DNA of 64,000 nucleotides from contig JBGAHS010000005.1 in assembly GCA_044226015.1 (NCBI GenBank), forward strand, positions 288,001 through 352,000, written 5' to 3'. Below are positions 57,124 to 64,000 of the stretch, in pieces. Numbering within the stretch: position 1 is the first letter of the stretch; each line of letters starts with the position of its first letter. Position numbers and translations under genes: made by a program. The DNA is from Candidatus Obscuribacteraceae bacterium. Lineage in GTDB: Bacteria > Cyanobacteriota > Vampirovibrionia > Obscuribacterales > Obscuribacteraceae. The notes under the pieces were generated by a model. It was given only the letters and a program-made list of their open reading frames with translations, ran no database searches and was not told the origin of the DNA.

Positions 57124-58797
57124 ATGACAACGTCTGATATCGAAAAAGAAAAATCTGTTTTTGCGTCTAAAAGTTACAGTTATCATCGCAAAACCAAGCA
57201 CACGATACAGAGCCTCTATTCATCGGGGCACAGGCTCGACTGGGCGACACAACCCAATCCATTTCGTGTTTATGACGGGGCCGAAGTTCTTGAGTTGCCA
57301 ACGAAGTTTAGCGAGCGCCCTCTTGAGCTGCACTCACTCATAAAGCAGATGATTCAGTCTCAGTGTGATGGTTTACAAGCAGCGCTGGACAGTGCAAACC
57401 TACAAGATCAAGCGCCTGCAGATTTGCAATCAATCTCAGAGCTTCTCTTCTACAGTATGGCAATAAGCGCATGGAAGCAAATAAAGGGAACCTCGGAATC
57501 ATGGGCACTGCGTGTAAATCCATCATCCGGCAACTTGCATCCAACAGAAACTCATATCCTCTTTGATTCGTGGAGTGGTATCGAAAATGGTGTGTACCAT
57601 TATCGGGTTAGAAATCACTCTCTGGAAAAAAGGTCTTCAGCCTCTATCCTTAAGCCATTATGGGCGGTGCTCAAAAGAGAGAATGATCCGCCACCAAATG
57701 CAATTATCTGCTTGACCAGTATTTTCTGGCGGGAAGCGTGGAAGTACAGAGAGCGAGCCTTTCGATATTGCCAGCTTGACCTGGGTCATGCATCAGCAGC
57801 CATTTGTTTATCAGCGAGCTTGCTTGGCTGGCAAACAGGAGTAATTAATGAGTTTAGCGATGAGGAAGTAAGTCGGCTGCTTGGAATTGAATCTTTCGAT
57901 GAGCGACCTATGCTTTTCATTCCTTTATATGCAAAGGTCGGTGATGAACCTGTATCTCATTTTGATTCCGCTAAGCCATCAGGTTTTATTGGTTCGCCAA
58001 ACCAGCTTTCGTCTTCTCAAATTTCGTATGACATTATTGAGGAAGTTTATCGCGCTGGCTGTTTGCCAAGTTCTGATAACGTTGTTGGTTCCACAATAAT
58101 AAGCAATGCGCGATTCATTCTGCAAAGTGATGATCTTGCAGAGCGTCTTAATCTCAACAACAAATCCGCTTCTTTGCCTGCTGCTAGCAGCGCCCAGCGA
58201 GTTATGCGAACTCGCCGCTCTGCTGTTGAGATGGACCATAGATTTAAGTCGAGTTTGGCCAGGTTTAGTCGCATACTGATCGACTCTACACGTGGTTTCA
58301 AATCCTCTTTTGGGAAGGTGCTTTCCTTTGACCCGACAGAAAGGGAGTTGAGTCATTTTGTCGACATATTATTGTATGTCCATCGAGTTGATGGTATCGC
58401 ACCTGGTGTTTACCATTTCGACCGAAATACTTTTGACTTGACTTGCCTGAACGAATCTAACTGCAGGAATTTTTCGAAATACGCAAGTTGTATGCAAGAC
58501 ATTGCTTCTGATGGCATTTTTGCCGTCTCACTCGTTGCCGACATGCAGTCGGCATTCGATGTTTTTGGAGAACGATTTTACAGATACGTACATCAGGAAG
58601 CAGGGTTTATTGGACAGCTCTTTTATTTGACTGCCAGATCTCTAGACATTGATGCCACCGGCATTGGTTGCTTCCTTGATGATGAAATCAACAGAAGTTT
58701 GCCTGAGGGAATGGAGGTTGTTTACAATTTTACGTTTGGCAGAGCTTTAATTGACGAACGTCTGAGCGAACTGCCGGCTTACCCATTTTTGAGTTAG
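57124..58797 (+). CDS. SagB/ThcOx-family nitroreductase-fold dehydrogenase (two domains)
   Basis: YH..TKH, LDW..QP.PFR.Y, LRVNPSSGNLHPTE, WREAWKY.ERAFRYC..D.GH, RRSA, TGIGCF.DD. Confidence 0.9.
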   Translation: MTTSDIEKEKSVFASKSYSYHRKTKHTIQSLYSSGHRLDWATQPNPFRVYDGAEVLELPTKFSERPLELHSLIKQMIQSQCDGLQAALDSANLQDQAPADLQSISELLFYSMAISAWKQIKGTSESWALRVNPSSGNLHPTETHILFDSWSGIENGVYHYRVRNHSLEKRSSASILKPLWAVLKRENDPPPNAIICLTSIFWREAWKYRERAFRYCQLDLGHASAAICLSASLLGWQTGVINEFSDEEVSRLLGIESFDERPMLFIPLYAKVGDEPVSHFDSAKPSGFIGSPNQLSSSQISYDIIEEVYRAGCLPSSDNVVGSTIISNARFILQSDDLAERLNLNNKSASLPAASSAQRVMRTRRSAVEMDHRFKSSLARFSRILIDSTRGFKSSFGKVLSFDPTERELSHFVDILLYVHRVDGIAPGVYHFDRNTFDLTCLNESNCRNFSKYASCMQDIASDGIFAVSLVADMQSAFDVFGERFYRYVHQEAGFIGQLFYLTARSLDIDATGIGCFLDDEINRSLPEGMEVVYNFTFGRALIDERLSELPAYPFLS

Positions 58798-59525
58798 TAG
58801 CCAAAAAGACGATTCACCACATTTGGCATTTTTCGGTAAGCGAATAATCTGACGTTTCCGTATCGAACGAGCTCTGTTTTTTCTGCATATCTTCGCCACG
58901 AAAGACCGTCTCCGGTTTTACCTTTCCGCAAGTCAACGAACATATAGCCTTTCTTTAAAGACTGGGCAAAAAGTCCCAATTCAGAATCGCCAGGCTCCTG
59001 CGTTTTTTCTGGTGGAATTAGGTTTGGGTTTTCTGCCCAAATTCGTGCTGCATATTTGTCGTGAACTTTTTCAATTGGCGAACCCTCTTCGAAGCTTGCA
59101 AATGAAAGTAGTTGACCTACAAATTCGCTGAAAGTTTTTGCTTGCCACACTATGACTTCTGGATTGGTCGAATAGTAAAATACTGGACCCCAATCTGTGC
59201 TTTGTGGTGTCAGGTCAACGATCCAGTAATTTCCCGCACCATCTCCAGCTACAGGTAGACCGTATGGAAAGAGTTCCTTTCTTATCGAAACGTCCGCAAG
59301 TGACAAGCCGGAAAAATCGATTGCATCGAGAGAAGGTTCAATTCCCCGAGTAAGTTGAAGCAGTTCGATAATATGTTCTGGAAGCCTGCACGGGAGCATG
59401 ACCTGCAACGCATCGAGTTCCTTTTTGCTAAGCCCGGGCAACAATTTTCCGATTATTGGATCGCTGTGTTCGTCTTCACCCAGTTGTCTTCCGTCGAATT
59501 CCTGGAGGCGCGCGATTATACTCAT
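58794..59525 (-). CDS. SMI1/KNR4 (SUKH) family protein
   Basis: PGLS..EL......LP..I.ELL..T.G and P.AGDGAGNYW.VDL motifs. Confidence 0.8.
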   Translation of the reverse strand: MSIIARLQEFDGRQLGEDEHSDPIIGKLLPGLSKKELDALQVMLPCRLPEHIIELLQLTRGIEPSLDAIDFSGLSLADVSIRKELFPYGLPVAGDGAGNYWIVDLTPQSTDWGPVFYYSTNPEVIVWQAKTFSEFVGQLLSFASFEEGSPIEKVHDKYAARIWAENPNLIPPEKTQEPGDSELGLFAQSLKKGYMFVDLRKGKTGDGLSWRRYAEKTELVRYGNVRLFAYRKMPNVVNRLFGY

Positions 59526-59530
59526 GACAG

Positions 59531-60988
59531 CTATTCTTCCTTAGCTGTAGAGCTAGTGATTCTTCTGCCTGCGGTTATACATATTGCCAGCAGCATCCAG
59601 AAAACGAACTGCACCTGCGGTCGATAATACACAGTGTCAACCAGTCCATGAATCATCATCGCTGCCAAACCTGCTGCTGCTCCAGCTGCCAGCCAGCGTC
59701 CTGGATTCTCTCTGTTATTCCAGAATGTTTCGTGAGCTCTTGTAAGAACACTGACAACCATGGCAAGAAATACGCAGAGACCAAGAACACCAGTTTCTAC
59801 CGCAACTTCAAGAGGTACGCAATATGTACCTAAAGCATCGAAGCCACTTCTCATATAGAGTCCGTAGACTAACTTGAAAGTTGAGTTGCCCGGACCCACT
59901 CCGAGCCACCAGTTATCGATAAACATCTTTATTGAAGATGCATAAACATTCAGTCTGTAAGCGTTTGAGCTGTGTCCGAAGCCAGAAAAAATTGAAGCAA
60001 TTCTATGCTCGTAACTGGGCGCAGCAAAATGTAGCACCGCCCACAGTGCTACTGGAGCTATCAGGAACAGGCACACGATTGGAATTCTAAGTTTGGGCTT
60101 TTGCCCCCAGATTGTGAGAAGTACGGTGAAAGCCAGTGCTGCGATGCCCACACCGATGCCCATGTAGCCTCCCCTGCTTCCAGTGAACCAGGTGCAGGCA
60201 GTAATGACAGCGGCTATTCCAAGAATTGGAACTCCTGTCCACCATTTCCATCCCTTTTGACAAAACGCCATTATTGCCGAGCCAAGGCTGAGCGGAATTA
60301 GTGGCACCAGATAGCCCGCTAAAAGATTTGGATTCTTCAGTGTCGAATAAACACGCGTCGTTTTGTCGTCGGAGCTGGGATCTTCCCAGGTGGCAAGAGG
60401 TGCTACATGAATTTTGTACTGGTAGCATCCGTAAAGCGACACTAGAGTCGCTGATGCCAACATAGCTCCGATTACCAGGAGTGCTCGTTTGTTAGAGGTC
60501 TGCTGCAGTGTGCTCGTAAATAGGAAATAGGAGCAGAAGTAGACTATCATTTTTGATAGCCCTTTCAAGCTCTGAAGCGGATAAAACGAAGACGCTGTGG
60601 CAATAAAGTTCATACCTGCAAATGCGAGAACAAGGAAATCTGTTGCGCATGGTTTGTAGCTTCCCTTGTTGGAAATCAGCATGCCAAAAATGCGAATCGC
60701 ACTTGCTGCTAGAACCAGAAGCGCGAGCTTCTCTTTGTCGTCAGCGAACATCGGTGCTGGGATAATCAGAAAAAGAAGAAGCACCATTGCAAAAGAGCCT
60801 ATTTCGCAAAGTTTGCCGATGGTGTCAGCAAGTGGAACCTTCGAAACTGCTGCTTGAATGCTAGCTTTCAGGCTAGACCAGATGCGGCAGAACATTGACT
60901 CGGTCAACACCGAAGCCCAGACGATGTCATAGCGGCTCAGCGACAGAACCGGTACCAGTTCTTTTTCAAATTTATCTCTTAAAGACAT
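59531..60988 (-). CDS. ictB: IctB family / O-antigen-ligase-like membrane protein
   Basis: LATWED..S.....RVYSTL.NPNLLAGYL, SRGG..G, SSN.YR.NV, G.GPGN..F...Y.LY, HGLVDTV.YRPQV. Confidence 0.88.
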   Translation of the reverse strand: MSLRDKFEKELVPVLSLSRYDIVWASVLTESMFCRIWSSLKASIQAAVSKVPLADTIGKLCEIGSFAMVLLLFLIIPAPMFADDKEKLALLVLAASAIRIFGMLISNKGSYKPCATDFLVLAFAGMNFIATASSFYPLQSLKGLSKMIVYFCSYFLFTSTLQQTSNKRALLVIGAMLASATLVSLYGCYQYKIHVAPLATWEDPSSDDKTTRVYSTLKNPNLLAGYLVPLIPLSLGSAIMAFCQKGWKWWTGVPILGIAAVITACTWFTGSRGGYMGIGVGIAALAFTVLLTIWGQKPKLRIPIVCLFLIAPVALWAVLHFAAPSYEHRIASIFSGFGHSSNAYRLNVYASSIKMFIDNWWLGVGPGNSTFKLVYGLYMRSGFDALGTYCVPLEVAVETGVLGLCVFLAMVVSVLTRAHETFWNNRENPGRWLAAGAAAGLAAMMIHGLVDTVYYRPQVQFVFWMLLAICITAGRRITSSTAKEE

Positions 60989-61000
60989 TGGTTGACCAGA

Positions 61001-61489
61001 TTAACGAATGTCGACGACTGTACCTTGCACGCGGTACGTTTTTGCTTCCAGTTCTATCGGGTTACCTATTTTGATTTTCTGCCCTTTGACTACGTAACCA
61101 TCTGCGGTGCCTAAAGTGTCTGCGCTGCTGATCGTGATTTCGTAATCATGGGCAAGCGGTTGTGAGGGGTCGTCAAATGACTTTACCGTGCCATCTTGCG
61201 TGAGAAAAGAAATTTGCTTCTTGCATTCCTTCACGTTTTCAATCGTCAAAGTGCCTTCAACGGGCTGGTTTCTGATGGTTAGAGCCGTTTGCTCGCCGAC
61301 TTTGAAGAGGTTGGGGTCTCGCGTTTTTAGCCCTGCAAAATATACGGTAATGCTAACTTTGCCTTTCGACTCGATGACTTTGTCTACACCTGCGTGGCCA
61401 GTTTGCGCCATTGCAAAACCACCTGCAGATATGAGGAGCACCAGCAAAAGGAAAAAATCGAATGGATTATAACGTCCAAGAACCTTCAT
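61001..61489 (-). CDS. DUF4330 family protein
   Basis: LGRYNPFD N-terminal TM, IRNQP, KIKIG.PIELE...Y...GTV.D. Confidence 0.8.
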   Translation of the reverse strand: MKVLGRYNPFDFFLLLVLLISAGGFAMAQTGHAGVDKVIESKGKVSITVYFAGLKTRDPNLFKVGEQTALTIRNQPVEGTLTIENVKECKKQISFLTQDGTVKSFDDPSQPLAHDYEITISSADTLGTADGYVVKGQKIKIGNPIELEAKTYRVQGTVVDIR

Positions 61490-61771
61490 TTTATCTCCAA
61501 CCCCAATTCTGAACTTCGCCAGTCTAGCACCTTTAAGAAAGTGAGCATTATTGCGTGTTCAGCTATTTATGCAGGTTTTGCTGTACTTTGCTATATTGAA
61601 CGTATTAATTCTGCATGTATGGAAGATTGCTGAAATGCCTTATTTTAGGTGCCGCTTCTCGTGTGAAGCTGGCACCTCCGCAAACTTGCGAATTCAGTTT
61701 CAGATCTGCGGAAGTAGATTTGCGGTGCTGATAGGTTTTTGAAACCGCATTTTCTCAGTCTAAGTCTGCGT

Positions 61772-62005
61772 CGCAGGGTGACGCTCCCGCTTCTTGGAGG
61801 AGTGTTCAGGACAGATATTTCAAATCTCGCCGGCCGGGGGGCTGCGCTGCGCTTCTAGCGGACCTAGGAAAAACAGAGGGGGGCCGCCATCCCCGATACA
61901 CCCCACCGTGGTGGGACATACCGGCCTCTGCTCCCAGATCCGCGCAATGGCCTGATCCAGAATGGACTACCGCCAGCAGAGCAATAGCTGGAGGAGTCAC
62001 TGTGT
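61772..62005 (-). ncRNA. Putative structured ncRNA (~235 nt), 6S-like or novel
   Basis: GC-rich nested stems; 7 stem mismatches read as G-U pairs on the minus strand only; 5' and 3' ends pair; promoter directly upstream. Confidence 0.7.
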
Positions 62006-62010
62006 ATGCT

Positions 62011-62039
62011 AATATGCCATACTTGTGTATGTCTGTCAA
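62011..62039 (-). promoter_or_regulatory. Sigma70 promoter for the putative ncRNA
   Basis: Minus strand TTGACA (62039-62034)-17 nt-CATATT (62016-62011) with extended TG. Confidence 0.75.
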
Positions 62040-62164
62040 TGGTATTTTTGCTCTATAAGCATGCAAGTACAGCCAATCTAGTTTTTTCTTGTAGCGCTTG
62101 ATGCGAACAAAGCTCCTTAAATCGCCGCACTTTGATCGAAGCTCTCAGGGAAATCCGCATGGAC

Positions 62165-62244
62165 TTGCGGACTTCCGCAAAGTCAGGGGAAGTCTTAAAA
62201 CGCTGACGTTGTATGAGTTTTGGAGCATGTGCGGACTTCCGCAC
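62165..62244. promoter_or_regulatory. Two palindromic regulator boxes TGCGG-ACTT-CCGCA
   Basis: TTGCGGACTTCCGCAA (62165-62180) and GTGCGGACTTCCGCAC (62229-62244). Confidence 0.7.
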
Positions 62245-62493
62245 TGTTTTGCGCTCCATTGAAATGGCTGTAAAGGTATTCAGAGCAATGCTTTTCAGTA
62301 AAATGAATGCTGCGAAAAGCCTTTCTGAAAAACAGCGAAATTGGCAAAGACATGACACCCGGAAAGCATTGAGCTGCAAATGTTTTAAGAATGTTTTGAT
62401 TTGCATGGGGAAACTACGTATGAGCACTGTCTAAGAAACATTCAATTTCGGTACATCCAATCACAGGGAGCAATCTACACAGGATTCAAAATC

Positions 62494-62820
62494 ATGAGCC
62501 ACGAAATTAACGACAAAGCCATGCCTAACAATAACAAGGCAGAATCTTCAGCTGAAGGACTCAACCTTCTAAGCGTAAATGAAACCGACAGAAAAGTTGG
62601 TCAAACAAGTGAAGTTAACGAAAACCATAGCGCTATGCTCGAAGCTAACGAAAGAGAAATCGCCGCGACAATGGAAAGAATTGCTGAAATTGGTAGGCGT
62701 GCTCTGATGTTTGCGCTTTGCGGCGAGTCAGAACATCTTGATACCATGAAAGAATCTGCTCGTAAGGGCGCAGCATCTAATGAACCAGCATACGTGGCAA
62801 TTGCAAAACAAATTTGCTAA
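62494..62820 (+). CDS. Hypothetical protein
   Basis: ATG 62494 after AGGA (ORF open to 62401); polar N-terminus, helical C-terminus. Confidence 0.55.
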   Translation: MSHEINDKAMPNNNKAESSAEGLNLLSVNETDRKVGQTSEVNENHSAMLEANEREIAATMERIAEIGRRALMFALCGESEHLDTMKESARKGAASNEPAYVAIAKQIC

Positions 62821-62847
62821 TTGAACAAGCGATTCCTGCAGGCAGGA

Positions 62848-63999
62848 CTATTCAGGAATTCGCAAATTCTCTAGTGCGTCAAGCAGTTCGGTGCGACTGG
62901 TAGTCGCAGTGCCAACTTTTCTGACCACCAGACCGGCAGCCAGATTACCCAGAGCCATAGCTTCGGTCATGCTTGCCCCAGTCACCATCGCCAGTGTCAT
63001 GGTCGAAACCACCGTATCGCCAGCGCCAGTCACATCAAAGACCTCACTCTTATTGAAAGCTGGTAGCTCAAACATTGAGTTGCCTTCTTGGAACAGAACC
63101 ATTCCGGCTCCGCCTCTTGTCAGAAGAACATTGTGCGCTCCGCTGATCTCAAGCATTTTTCGACCAGCTTCCTCAACTTCTTCTTTTGAATTTATTTTGA
63201 AACCAATCGCTGCCTCTGTGTCAGGTTGGTTTGGCGTAATCATGGCCGCGCCTTTGAACCGTTCAAATCTGTCCTGTGCATCAACGATTACGTGAAGATT
63301 CTTCTTTTGCGCAATTTCGAGAGTGCCTTCAACAATTCTGTCTGTTATCAGACCGCCTTTGTAATCACTCAAAATAATTGCATCATAAGATCCAGCTACC
63401 GAATCCAACCTGTCGATTACTCGACCTGCTATTTCGTCATTTAATTTCTCGTGAGAAATTCTGTCTAGCCTTAGCAATTGCTGTCTCAGTGCATGAGCAC
63501 TTGAGAGAATTCGAGTTTTTACAGTTGTAGGTCTGCTGGGGTCTTCAACTAAACCATGGGTGATACCAGCTTTTTCGAAGAGTCGAGCCAGCTTCTTCGC
63601 GTATTCGTCTCTGCCGCAGACTCCGATGGCGTGGCACATACCACCTAACGCCGCCAGGTTCGCTGCAGCATTTGAAGCACCACCGAGAATTAGCTCCGTT
63701 CCAACATGCTCTAGTATCAATACTGGTGCTTCTCTGGATATACGTTCTGGTCTGCCTTCCAGAAGTTCATCTATAAGTAGATCGCCAACAACTATCACTC
63801 TGCCACCAGCAAGGGCATTGACTCGCGACCTCAGTCTTCTTCGACTCAGCCCGGTATCTGGCGGAATCGCTACGAGTGTATGTGGTGCCATCGCGATATC
63901 TTGAGGGTGCATCTTTTCCAGTTCCTTCATTAACTGTCTGCCAATCTGGTTTGTTGGATCTAAACCGAGTAGGAGATCTCGGGCTCGCTTCTCTTCTTC
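62848..63999 (-). CDS. D-glycero-D-manno-heptose 7-phosphate kinase (RfaE domain I/HldA, PfkB family), 5' end probably beyond window
   Basis: VVGD..IDE...G...RISREAPV, GGA.N.A.N, RPTT.KTR, SDY.GG, TPN, DVTGAGDTV; frame stays open from ATG 63930 to the window edge. Confidence 0.9.
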   Translation of the reverse strand, partial: EEEKRARDLLLGLDPTNQIGRQLMKELEKMHPQDIAMAPHTLVAIPPDTGLSRRRLRSRVNALAGGRVIVVGDLLIDELLEGRPERISREAPVLILEHVGTELILGGASNAAANLAALGGMCHAIGVCGRDEYAKKLARLFEKAGITHGLVEDPSRPTTVKTRILSSAHALRQQLLRLDRISHEKLNDEIAGRVIDRLDSVAGSYDAIILSDYKGGLITDRIVEGTLEIAQKKNLHVIVDAQDRFERFKGAAMITPNQPDTEAAIGFKINSKEEVEEAGRKMLEISGAHNVLLTRGGAGMVLFQEGNSMFELPAFNKSEVFDVTGAGDTVVSTMTLAMVTGASMTEAMALGNLAAGLVVRKVGTATTSRTELLDALENLRIPE

Positions 64000-64000
64000 G

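Noticed and set aside
61845..61870. AGGUCCG...GAAGCGCAGC resembling SRP RNA helix 8
   Set aside because: No GNRA tetraloop and UCC has no GGA partner.
61806..62434. Short ORFs 61806-62066, 62053-62427 and 62213-62434
   Set aside because: No protein-like features; they overlap the promoter, structured RNA and palindromic boxes.

Overview
Gene-dense bacterial chromosomal window with no rRNA, tRNA, CRISPR array, integrase or transposase visible. Gene content suggests a non-photosynthetic relative of cyanobacteria, probably Vampirovibrionia/Melainabacteria and Obscuribacterales-like. This is an inference from cyanobacteria-type ictB, DUF4330 and long HflX, no photosynthesis genes in the window, few HIP1 sites, three membrane Ser/Thr kinases and many TPR proteins. 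Housekeeping genes include rpoD, uvrB, tatA, glyS, rplJ-rplL with an L10 leader, tatD, glcD, hflX, skp and a heptose kinase. A TetR/old-yellow-enzyme/cupin/SDR module has clear operator palindromes. Most notable: (1) signal-peptide-less effector-like enzymes (a zincin and a 1218-aa repeat protein with a papain-like C-terminus, each followed by a small orphan gene, plus a HAD) that share a similar N-terminal style, alongside two orphan SMI1/KNR4 genes and a lone VirB8-like membrane protein; (2) an unannotated ~235-nt structured minus-strand RNA at ~61.8-62.0 kb with a near-consensus sigma70 promoter, flanked by clustered TGCGG/CCGCA boxes. All family calls come from motif recognition by eye, not from database searches.
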